A program made the position numbers and the translations under genes. This document shows positions 49,357 through 59,969 of a DNA stretch of 59,969 nt, one piece after another; positions within the stretch are counted from its first letter, which is position 1; every line of letters begins with the position of its first letter. Source of the stretch: Nemertoderma westbladi. Its lineage: Eukaryota > Animalia > Xenacoelomorpha. Location: NCBI GenBank assembly GCA_032718475.1, contig JAUCBJ010000208.1, positions 1 to 59,969 on the forward strand. The letters are read 5' to 3'. The notes under the pieces were generated by a model that was given only the letters and a program-made list of their open reading frames with translations, searched no databases and was not told the origin of the DNA.

Positions 49357-49918
49357 TTAGGCCCTACTACTTCTACTATCAACATGCTGCATTGGAACTG
49401 CATTATTATGTATTACATATATATTAATAATGCTGTGCCGGCTTGTCAACAAAATTGCGCTGTCACATCTCCCTACCATTCATGACATTTGCTAGATCAT
49501 CCGCATCTCCAAGGCCAGTGTTTAGATACGCCTTTAACAGGCGTCCCAAGAAAAGCATGAGCTGTCCACCATGTATATTTATTCGCCAAAGCACAATATT
49601 ATGCACTGGCTGGTCCTCACGGCGAAAGCAACGTCCTGCAAAGCGGAGGCGGTTCAGGTCAAGTGTCAAGCTAAGGAAGACTAATGTATGTTTCCTCCAA
49701 TGTTGTATAGAGTCTGATTGGAAATGTGTTCATTGTACTTGACACAATGAACCCGGCGCACCATTCTTGTAAAAGTGCCATCCAGAGATTTGGTATCCTC
49801 TGCAGTTAAAAGCCAGCATAGACTCCCAAATACGAGTACTGGTTCTACATCTACTGCTGCTCTAAAGAGAATCTAATCTTTAGATTCCGTTTTATTCCAT
49901 GGGACATCCCAGACTCCC
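49357..49918 (-). mobile_element. 5'-truncated RTE LINE 3' end
   Basis: VEPVLVFG..W....DTKSLDGTFTRMVRR, RLRFAGRCFR, DLANVMNGREM; (TAG)-like tail; likely 11-bp TSD tatttttataa (49346-49356, 49919-49929). Confidence 0.85.
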
Positions 49919-50409
49919 TATTTTTATAACTGTTTGCGCTGTCTGGATCGTGGTTATCCTGCCACACCTGCTGTTGGAAACTAATTCATGTTCACCATCT
50001 TCCGTCAGCATTGATTGCTCGTCATTTACCCCGCTATTGATTGCCATAGAATCCGGTAGAGTATCATAGGCCTACTCAAGATTGAGCTACAGTATGAGAA
50101 TCCGTAGGCCTAAGAGATAAAACAATCCCTTCACAATTATTTTGGTTCAACACTTTCTACAATTACCGGCTGAAGTCCTGTTCCATCATCATCTCTGATA
50201 ATGTTATTGTAGACATCTAAAACAGATAAATCTCGATTTGTCATTGCTTCACCATGAACATCTTCAGCTACACTCACTAGTACTGATTGAACATCTCCAG
50301 CTAAACTCTATAATCGGCCTGCTGCATTGAAACTGGTGATTGAGATGCTGGCTTAACAAAAATATTTTGCTACCATCATGCAATCCACAATTGACAAGCC
50401 CAATGCAGG

Positions 50410-50826
50410 GTTCATTAAGAATGCTATGCCGGCTTATCAACAAAGATTCACCGCCACAACTCCCTATCCCCCATGACTTTCGCGAGATTATTCGCCTCTA
50501 CAAAACCAGTGTCCTTTAAGAGGCGTCTCACAAAAGTCATGGGCTGTCCACCATACTTATTTTCTCCATGGGGCTGCCAAAGTAAAATAGTGTGCACTGC
50601 ACAGGCTGGTCCTCACTGCGAAAACAATCTCAGGCAAAGCGGAGGCGGCTTTGTTCAAGTGTCAAGCTTGTGGGAACCAATGAGACATCTCCAATGTTAT
50701 ATAGTGTCTGGTTGGAGATGTGTGCATTGTACTTGACACAATGACCCCGACGTAGCATTCTTGTAAATGTACCATCCAGAGATTTGGTGTCCTCAGCATT
50801 TAGAGCCCAGCATGGACTCCCATAGA
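50410..50826 (-). mobile_element. 5'-truncated RTE LINE 3' end, diverged copy
   Basis: LYGSPCWALNAEDTKSLDGTFTRMLRR, LEQSRLRFA; aligns by eye with 49430-49830 and 1940-2085. Confidence 0.85.
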
Positions 50827-51169
50827 GGTGTAGGCCTACTGTGTGTATTGTGTTTAGTTTATTGTTTTGGTTAAAATAACGTGCCACTGTAACCTGTTCC
50901 TTTCCCTAAATTGAGAATTTAACATTTAGGCGGGACATTAATTCGCCAAGGCGTGTTTTGCGTCCAGTTACCCCCCCTGTCTCATTCAATGTTAAAAATT
51001 TTTTTTAACGGGCTCCATATTTTTTTTAACAATCAAACACGAAGTATATTTTTAATGAAAATAACTGGAGAACTGACCAGTAAACTGTGAACGGCATGCA
51101 TACATCATTTGATGCATGCATCAAACTCGTGCGTACAGAGTAAAAACGTATACAAAAACAAAACTACTT

Positions 51170-51397
51170 ACAGGCCTACTGTACATGGAAAGAAGCGATT
51201 TCCCAGAGGACTGCATGGAGTCCGAGTCCCATCCACCCAGGGCCTCCATCACGAGAGGGGTGAATCCCACACCCGAATTGCGGCACTCCTCGAGGTGGGT
51301 GCTGAGTTTGCGTTCCCGTGCGATGGAGAGGGCATGTCCGGGGGTACTGGCGGCTTGGGATAGGGTTCGTGACTGGAGGGGGGAGATAACTGTGACA
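51170..51397 (+). mobile_element. Possible 3' end of a Gypsy-like LTR retrotransposon (decayed chromodomain, PPT, LTR start)
   Basis: GC-rich; DFPEDCMESESH resembles a chromodomain segment; ends ggaggggggagataac-TGTGACA (PPT followed by TG). Confidence 0.3.
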
Positions 51398-51454
51398 TGT
51401 TAAAACAGATTTGAATTTACCTCCAAAATATAGGTGGCAGATCTGATCTGCCAC

Positions 51455-52397
51455 CAAGGTGTACTAAATAACAGGTCATGCAGCGAGCGGATTGCTGAAA
51501 TTAGCGTGGGCCGATCGCTTCCCTATTTATGACACTATTTTCATAATATTTCCTTAGAAACTTATTTTATGCTACTTTTGTTAGGTGGATGATGACTAGG
51601 GTTCATAGAAATGTAATAAATTGTCTTTCTGGAATTTTTATCTTGTAGTTGCCAAGGTAACCGGGTGCAAAGTTCAAATTTCGAGCGCCTGTATTTCAAG
51701 GCGACAATGGATTCTTCCCTTGATATTTGGTAGGTGACTAAAGGAAATAAAAGTGTATCAAAATATTTTACATTTGAATTTGTTTACATTGCCGTTGCCA
51801 TGGAAATATGCATAATGAAAAATTTGAAAAATCTATAAAACACCATTTTTATTCGGTTTGTCAGTCTAAATAATAGTTAAAATTGCCTACATTTTATTTT
51901 ATAATTCGTCAATTGTGAATCACATTTCTAAAAGTCAATATTTGCCAATAAACTAAACTGTCCAATCAGAGAGCAAGACCTGCGATAGTCATAATGAGTT
52001 TCGGTCATAATGGGAAATTATCGTAATTCCCGTCACCATGGAAACGGGATGGAAAACATTTTAATGTAAAATATTTTGATAGACTTTTATTCCCTTTACT
52101 CATATACCAAATCTCAAGAACAGAATCCCTTGTCGTCTTGAATTGCAGGCGCTCAAAATTTGAACTTTGCACCCGGTTACCTTGGCAACTACAAGATAAA
52201 AATTCCAGAAAGACATTTTATTAAATTTCTATGAACCCTAGTCATCATATCCACCTAACCAAAGTAGCATAAAATAAGTTTCTAAGAAAATATTATGAAA
52301 ATAGTGTACCATAAATAGGGAAACGATCGGCCCACGCTAATTTCACGGTAATTTCAGGAATCCGCTCGCTGCATGACCTGTTATTTAGTACACTTTG
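51455..52397. mobile_element. P-element-like non-autonomous transposon, 943 bp, ~275-bp TIRs
   Basis: Termini caaggtgtactaaataacaggtcatgcagcgagcggatt / aatccgctcgctgcatgacctgttatttagtacactttg; 8-bp TSD tctgccac (51447-51454, 52398-52405); CAA(A/G)G ends suggest the P superfamily. Confidence 0.8.
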
Positions 52398-53159
52398 TCT
52401 GCCACCCTTTCCACTACAAATTACATGTCTTTCAATTATTTGAATTTCCCGCGCTATGGAGCAGGGTGGCACCTTTTAGGGACTTGTGTTTCCGGACCGA
52501 GACCGTGTCTGATCAACCACTCACAGACTGAAAGACTGCAGATGACGTCCGACAAATCTCCCCTAATCGTAAATCGTATGGCAATTGTAGGCCTACCAAC
52601 GGCAGAACGGCCCGTCGGTACAATTGAATATCGCCATTTAAAATATTATTTGACTATTAGTTGTTTGCCTACTTACAGCGCAGTAGGTACCGGTCCGGTA
52701 GTGCGGTTTTCTGGTACTGCTGTACTGGCAGGGCAGTCGCAGTAGTCAGGTACTGTAGTACTGACAGTGGTCAAATTAAGAAGTATGTTTCTAGAAAATA
52801 CAGTTTTGTCACGTGCTGCGCGAAGGGCACATCGTCATCTGCAACCGTATATTTTACATCACATTAAATACACAATTGTATTAAATACAAGTGTCTGTTT
52901 GTAGATTCTCCGGCAAATTGAAAGAAAATTGAGGAAATGGTGCACATTTGAAAACAGGCTGACAGGTAAAAATTGAGTTTTCGAAAAAAAAAAAGCCATA
53001 AACTCATGATTTTCTATCGTGCTGCTCGAAGCGGAAAATCACCTATTAAAATTTTTTTTCTATGAAGTTACACATAGGTCCGAGAGTGTCTGTGTGAAAT
53101 TTGAGACAAATTGGTCCAAAAATGGCCACTGGGGAATAAGGTGTTTGTCACTGTGCCTC

Positions 53160-56100
53160 AAATGTGATAGAACCATCGAAATTACAGAATTACTGTATAA
53201 GTAGGCCTAAATTAAATGGTGCTGGTCACCTCGTCGCACTGCCACTTCGCCGCAAGTCATCTCGCCGCAGATTATGTGCGGCGAGGTGTCTTGCGGCGAG
53301 GTGTCTCACTGTGAATGCCATTTCGCCGCAAATTATCGGACACCTCGCCGCAAGTCAATATTAATCATTTATTTATATATTTACAGGGAAGCCTACTAAG
53401 CCTAGTTATGCTGTTATGGCATTGGACATTATTATAAGAAGAAATAAAATAATACGGTAAGGTGTGTTGTTCTATTATAATTACTGTATTATTATAGATA
53501 TACAGTGAGAGTATTTGAGTTACGTATTAGATTATAGTAAAACAGTCCTAATCGTTATGTTTGTCAAAAATGTTGATCAGTTGTTTAAAAGGCTTCATGG
53601 AAAACACGCAACGGCGCAACAGCTCTATAACCAATGGGCAGCATTGGCGCAAAAGCGCAACAACCCAGGTGTGACGGGATCGGAGATCCCGACCGGGTAA
53701 ATGTACTACGCGTCACCGTTCTGCCTTAGGGATGGTGCTAGCAGCTTGGCCGAGGCCGATGTAGGAAAACAATGAGAGTTCGGTGTTGTCTCTTGATATT
53801 ATAAATGATAGCACAATAATATGTGGCAGAAGTACAGATATGATGGATACCGGTATGCTGTACTGATGACGGTGAATAATTGTTACCGGTCTGCACTATA
53901 CTGAATAACCAACTAATGTACCAATCCAAGAATCTGACATAATATATGATTGATACACTAAATATTGCTTCACCTCCTACTCTAGGTTGGCCTCCTACCC
54001 AATGGATGCTTTCCTGTTCCCTATCACGTGCTTCCCTCCCCTCTATTGGCTAATATGCAACTTGTCACCCTGGCACTCTCTGGGAGTGTTTCCCCTCTGC
54101 TGCTAGCCTCTACTAGCTGTGTTCCCTCCGAGGTGGTTTGACCTCTAACCTTCCTTTGTGGCTTTGGGGCCTGTGCTACCCCCCCCCCCCCCCAAATGTT
54201 GGTTGTGATACGAGATTAATATTGCTAATCTCGTATCTCCAACATATTGCTGAAAATGCCACTATCCCATTTTCTGGTGGGTAATGAGGCGGAATTGAAT
54301 CCGCTTACACCAGGATTGGTTTATTCATTCAACTCGAATTCCATTGGCTTGTACATTCTGTTGCGTTCTATGGTATTCCATTTCTGTAGCGCCGATGGCG
54401 CAAACGAGCAATAAATAAAGCAAGGTACTGTACGTTCTAAAAGGGATGCGACCTACAGTATAACAATCCTAGTACCAATATGGAACTCATATCAACTCAT
54501 CTTTCGACGCAATCAAAACTCATATGTATCCAAGCGGCCAGGGGAAACTCGACGCAAATAACGCCTGATTCTCCCAAAAATAACAGTGTAAACTGATTTA
54601 TTTTTTTTAATAATAATAAACACCCCCTGTCGGGGTAAACGGTCATGACCGTAAAAGAGAAGAGAGAACACACCAAGAGGATAAGACAACGCAGGAAATA
54701 TATAATATTAACAAACCAAGAGGAGAAGACAACGCAGTAATATACATATATATAGAGTCCAGTCCGATATACATTTTATTGCCTACAATATACATCAGAG
54801 CGACGATGATGTAGATGTCTACAGTTTGTCGCTCACTGGCGTCATGTGGCATTACCGGCTGGCTCCTGGGTCTCTCGGGCTCGCTCCCCTCTTCTGGCCT
54901 CGACCCAAATATACCAATCTGCCCCCGGCAGATTCCGCTGACGGCGTCCTGGAGGCATCGCTTCCCGGGACTGGCCAACCCTCAGTCTCAGATTCTTTCT
55001 AAACTTTTGACAGGCATACTGTATACGTACAAAGTTTGGTTTAATTTCATCAATAAATGACCGAGTTATTAATTAGGCAATTAAGGACAACTCGTCAATG
55101 GTACCCATTCTCAATGTTAAAGATTTCGCTCACTTTGTTTGTCGCCTCACATTTTGCATCCACATTTTGGTTGTAAATACTTAGTTGCACTTTATTATCA
55201 CTAATTGTCCGGAAATTACTGTTAGATTACGTGTACAGTATGTAAAAGACCATTTCGACTATAAAATTCGTTCAGGTCCCGTATTTTATCTAGCAATGTC
55301 CTATTCCTTACTACACAAACCACGCTATAAAAAATTAGCAATTTAGCATCAAATCGTCTGATATTTATTATTTTTATTCAAACTTAATAATACAGCATTA
55401 TCATAAACATCAACTCAACACCCACCGTACTGTACACCTGCGCACAATTCGCTAAACTTTACAATTGAAATTATAAATTAAATATAACTATTTCTTACGA
55501 ATTCGTACTTTACCTTGATTTATTATAGACAATCTAGTATTTTTCTCAAAAGTGACTGAGTCCCGCCATAATCTTAGCGAAATCAAAGCTGATATTCGAA
55601 AGTTCAATCCAAGCACAATTTTGTGCACATACTGTAGGTGCTGTGGGTGGATAACATTGTACAGGCAATCAAAGTTCAAAATTGTGTAAGAATGTCCCGT
55701 AGGGCCTACTTTACTTTGGAATGAGTCGAACCCAGTTAACTGTACCAAGACCTTCAAGCTCTTTGAGCTAATCTTCGACAGACCTGCAGACCGAGTGTGA
55801 CGTGTGGCGTCGAAGGTGTTCGCGGTATACAGAATGCCGGTACGCCGGGACATTAATTTGATGGAACAGTTGGTCGCAATAGCAATGACTTAGTTACGGT
55901 CTGACCAGGTCTGGCGGTTGTATGGCAAAATATTTTTAATAACCATTGTACATTAAATACTAAAAAGTGTTATATATAAAAACGATAAATGTGATAGAAC
56001 CATCGAAATTACAGAATTACTGTATAAGTAGGCCTAAATTAAATGGTGCTGGTCACCTCGTCGCACTGCCACTTCGCCGCAAGTCATCTCGCCGCAGATT

Positions 56101-58816
56101 ATGTGCGGCGAGGTGTCTTGCGGCGAGGTGTCTCACTGTGAATGCCATTTCGCCGCAAATTATCGGACACCTCGCCGCAAGTCAATATTAATCATTTATT
56201 TATATATTTACAGGGAAGCCTACTAAGCCTAGTTATGCTGTTATGGCATTGGACATTATTATAAGAAGAAATAAAATAATACGGTAAGGTGTGTTGTTCT
56301 ATTATAATTACTGTATTATTATAGATATACAGTGAGAGTATTTGAGTTACGTATTAGATTATAGTAAAACAGTCCTAATCGTTATGTTTGTCAAAAATGT
56401 TGATCAGTTGTTTAAAAGGCTTCATGGAAAACACGCAACGGCGCAACAGCTCTATAACCAATGGGCAGCATTGGCGCAAAAGCGCAACAACCCAGGTGTG
56501 ACGGGATCGGAGATCCCGACCGGGTAAATGTACTACGCGTCACCGTTCTGCCTTAGGGATGGTGCTAGCAGCTTGGCCGAGGCCGATGTAGGAAAACAAT
56601 GAGAGTTCGGTGTTGTCTCTTGATATTATAAATGATAGCACAATAATATGTGGCAGAAGTACAGATATGATGGATACCGGTATGCTGTACTGATGACGGT
56701 GAATAATTGTTACCGGTCTGCACTATACTGAATAACCAACTAATGTACCAATCCAAGAATCTGACATAATATATGATTGATACACTAAATATTGCTTCAC
56801 CTCCTACTCTAGGTTGGCCTCCTACCCAATGGATGCTTTCCTGTTCCCTATCACGTGCTTCCCTCCCCTCTATTGGCTAATATGCAACTTGTCACCCTGG
56901 CACTCTCTGGGAGTGTTTCCCCTCTGCTGCTAGCCTCTACTAGCTGTGTTCCCTCCGAGGTGGTTTGACCTCTAACCTTCCTTTGTGGCTTTGGGGCCTG
57001 TGCTACCCCCCCCCCCCCCAAATGTTGGTTGTGATACGAGATTAATATTGCTAATCTCGTATCTCCAACATATTGCTGAAAATGCCACTATCCCATTTTC
57101 TGGTGGGTAATGAGGCGGAATTGAATCCGCTTACACCAGGATTGGTTTATTCATTCAACTCGAATTCCATTGGCTTGTACATTCTGTTGCGTTCTATGGT
57201 ATTCCATTTCTGTAGCGCCGATGGCGCAAACGAGCAATAAATAAAGCAAGGTACTGTACGTTCTAAAAGGGATGCGACCTACAGTATAACAATCCTAGTA
57301 CCAATATGGAACTCATATCAACTCATCTTTCGACGCAATCAAAACTCATATGTATCCAAGCGGCCAGGGGAAACTCGACGCAAATAACGCCTGATTCTCC
57401 CAAAAATAACAGTGTAAACTGATTTATTTTTTTTAATAATAATAAACACCCCCTGTCGGGGTAAACGGTCATGACCGTAAAAGAGAAGAGAGAACACACC
57501 AAGAGGATAAGACAACGCAGGAAATATATAATATTAACAAACCAAGAGGAGAAGACAACGCAGTAATATACATATATATAGAGTCCAGTCCGATATACAT
57601 TTTATTGCCTACAATATACATCAGAGCGACGATGATGTAGATGTCTACAGTTTGTCGCTCACTGGCGTCATGTGGCATTACCGGCTGGCTCCTGGGTCTC
57701 TCGGGCTCGCTCCCCTCTTCTGGCCTCGACCCAAATATACCAATCTGCCCCCGGCAGATTCCGCTGACGGCGTCCTGGAGGCATCGCTTCCCGGGACTGG
57801 CCAACCCTCAGTCTCAGATTCTTTCTAAACTTTTGACAGGCATACTGTATACGTACAAAGTTTGGTTTAATTTCATCAATAAATGACCGAGTTATTAATT
57901 AGGCAATTAAGGACAACTCGTCAATGGTACCCATTCTCAATGTTAAAGATTTCGCTCACTTTGTTTGTCGCCTCACATTTTGCATCCACATTTTGGTTGT
58001 AAATACTTAGTTGCACTTTATTATCACTAATTGTCCGGAAATTACTGTTAGATTACGTGTACAGTATGTAAAAGACCATTTCGACTATAAAATTCGTTCA
58101 GGTCCCGTATTTTATCTAGCAATGTCCTATTCCTTACTACACAAACCACGCTATAAAAAATTAGCAATTTAGCATCAAATCGTCTGATATTTATTATTTT
58201 TATTCAAACTTAATAATACAGCATTATCATAAACATCAACTCAACACCCACCGTACTGTACACCTGCGCACAATTCGCTAAACTTTACAATTGAAATTAT
58301 AAATTAAATATAACTATTTCTTACGAATTCGTACTTTACCTTGATTTATTATAGACAATCTAGTATTTTTCTCAAAAGTGACTGAGTCCCGCCATAATCT
58401 TAGCGAAATCAAAGCTGATATTCGAAAGTTCAATCCAAGCACAATTTTGTGCACATACTGTAGGTGCTGTGGGTGGATAACATTGTACAGGCAATCAAAG
58501 TTCAAAATTGTGTAAGAATGTCCCGTAGGGCCTACTTTACTTTGGAATGAGTCGAACCCAGTTAACTGTACCAAGACCTTCAAGCTCTTTGAGCTAATCT
58601 TCGACAGACCTGCAGACCGAGTGTGACGTGTGGCGTCGAAGGTGTTCGCGGTATACAGAATGCCGGTACGCCGGGACATTAATTTGATGGAACAGTTGGT
58701 CGCAATAGCAATGACTTAGTTACGGTCTGACCAGGTCTGGCGGTTGTATGGCAAAATATTTTTAATAACCATTGTACATTAAATACTAAAAAGTGTTATA
58801 TATAAAAACGATAAAT
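53160..58816. repeat. Tandem duplication of ~2827 bp (53160-55986 and 55987-58816), nearly identical
   Basis: Identical ORFs offset by 2827 then 2826 (1-bp difference in a poly-C tract); aaat microhomology at the junctions. Confidence 0.96.
54628..54930. mobile_element. Possible solo-LTR-like segment (second copy ~57454-57756)
   Basis: tgtcgggg ... ccccggca inverted TG..CA termini; no TSD, PBS or PPT found. Confidence 0.3.
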
Positions 58817-59240
58817 TTTTTATTCCGGTGTTTTGCAACAAGTAATATTGTTTCAGTAACATTTGATTATAAAGTTTATGACCGATCGGATTCAGAGTAC
58901 AGTATATGTTCTAGAACATTTTAAAAAATAGTAACAAAAACCACAGTAGCTGGTATAAAAAATTTTAGAGGAGGTGTGTCCAAAACGGCACTGGTCATAG
59001 TCTTAGTGCCAGTTATATTTCGGAGGAGTTTACATGATATATATGTAGGTGTATGTAGATAGATACATACAGAATACTTTTACAGTACGCCTAATAAGCC
59101 AACTAAAGGTCTTCTAATATCATATACGGATGATATACGATCACATACGGTCTTCTTATAACAGTTGTTAATAATAACGTGTCTAAATAATAACGATTGA
59201 ACGGAGTATCATTTGGTATTCCCACTAGCTAGTTCTAAAA

Positions 59241-59858
59241 CTAGTTCTGGAACAGTACTCCAAGTGCAACCATGGCTACCACCAGACCAATATGAATTAC
59301 ATTTCCAGGTGCCCCACCAATAAAGAATGAGCTACTCCAATTAACCTCACCATCGGCCCCGAAAGGATTATTACTCCATTTTGTATCGCATGCTCCATCA
59401 CAGCATTGAACCTGACAGGCTCCCATAGGATTCTCAAACTGTTCCTTCATAGAGGTTATAATACCCTCCATGACATCCACATAAGTGTTTCCTTCCTCTG
59501 CTTTATCTTCACCACCTTTCCCAGCACATTCTTTTTCAGTAACAGATTTACACACATCGGCAATCTCCTCAGGCATACACATAACATAATCCAAACTCAT
59601 GGCAATGTTGACATCGGCCTCCTTCACCTTCCCCCCTAATATTGTTGAAACTTCCATGCACTTCCCGCAATCGTCTTTATTAATCTTTGGTATGTCATCG
59701 GTGAGCAGTTTAATCATCTGTTCTTGCATTTCCTGCATTTTAGAATTGTCAGATTTCATTGCAAATGTTAAACCTTCTTCACAAGTTACGCCTCCACAAA
59801 CAGTGTGTAAGAAGTTCACACAAAGAGATAACACTATTATTATCTTGACATTATCCAT
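59241..59858 (-). CDS. Secreted, probably GPI-anchored Cys-rich protein, Ly6/three-finger-like; 205 aa, single coding exon
   Basis: Hydrophobic N-terminal signal, 10 Cys in the mature region ending C-xxx-CC-DGA-C-D (cf. CCxxDxCN), small residues GGAPG then a hydrophobic C-terminal tail. Confidence 0.7.
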   Translation of the reverse strand: MDNVKIIIVLSLCVNFLHTVCGGVTCEEGLTFAMKSDNSKMQEMQEQMIKLLTDDIPKINKDDCGKCMEVSTILGGKVKEADVNIAMSLDYVMCMPEEIADVCKSVTEKECAGKGGEDKAEEGNTYVDVMEGIITSMKEQFENPMGACQVQCCDGACDTKWSNNPFGADGEVNWSSSFFIGGAPGNVIHIGLVVAMVALGVLFQN

Positions 59859-59969
59859 TATTATGGTGATGTATGAAATTTCACTTCTTAAAAATTGTAA
59901 TATTAATTAAACAAATAAATTAATAAACAGTTTATAAGTATTGCTAATATTGTTTAATAACCAATACCT

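Noticed and set aside
53860-53900. CTGATGA plus hairpin as a third hammerhead (also in the duplicate copy)
   Set aside because: No GAAA box after the stem and no closing stem I.
53164-58679. Short duplicated ORFs (61-121 aa) as genes
   Set aside because: No domain motifs, mostly non-ATG starts, and identity is explained by the duplication.

Overview
AT-rich, repeat-dense genomic DNA from an animal (invertebrate-like; standard code, GT-AG introns), not a prokaryote. It contains five protein-coding loci, all strikingly intron-poor: CTNNBL1 (-), DNA polymerase zeta catalytic subunit REV3 (+, in two ORFs), an ABCC4/MRP4-like transporter (-, two coding exons, 12.2 kb intron), an HSDL1-like SDR (-) and a Cys-rich GPI-anchored Ly6-like protein (-). 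Between them lie RTE and RTE-X-like LINE remnants, many non-autonomous DNA transposons (P-, hAT-, Mutator-, Harbinger-like, several nested, with TSDs), tandem repeats and a 2.83 kb near-perfect duplication. Most notable: (1) REV3 may be split into two genes close to where vertebrate REV3L is cut by Taspase1; (2) a ~10 kb 73-bp satellite with higher-order structure grew out of the reverse-transcriptase coding sequence of a LINE inside the ABCC intron; (3) two Penelope-like elements carry minimal hammerhead-ribozyme motifs, one fused to a tRNA-derived Pol III head; (4) TA-flanked palindromic footprints appear to cluster near gene 5' ends. All calls were made by eye, without database searches.
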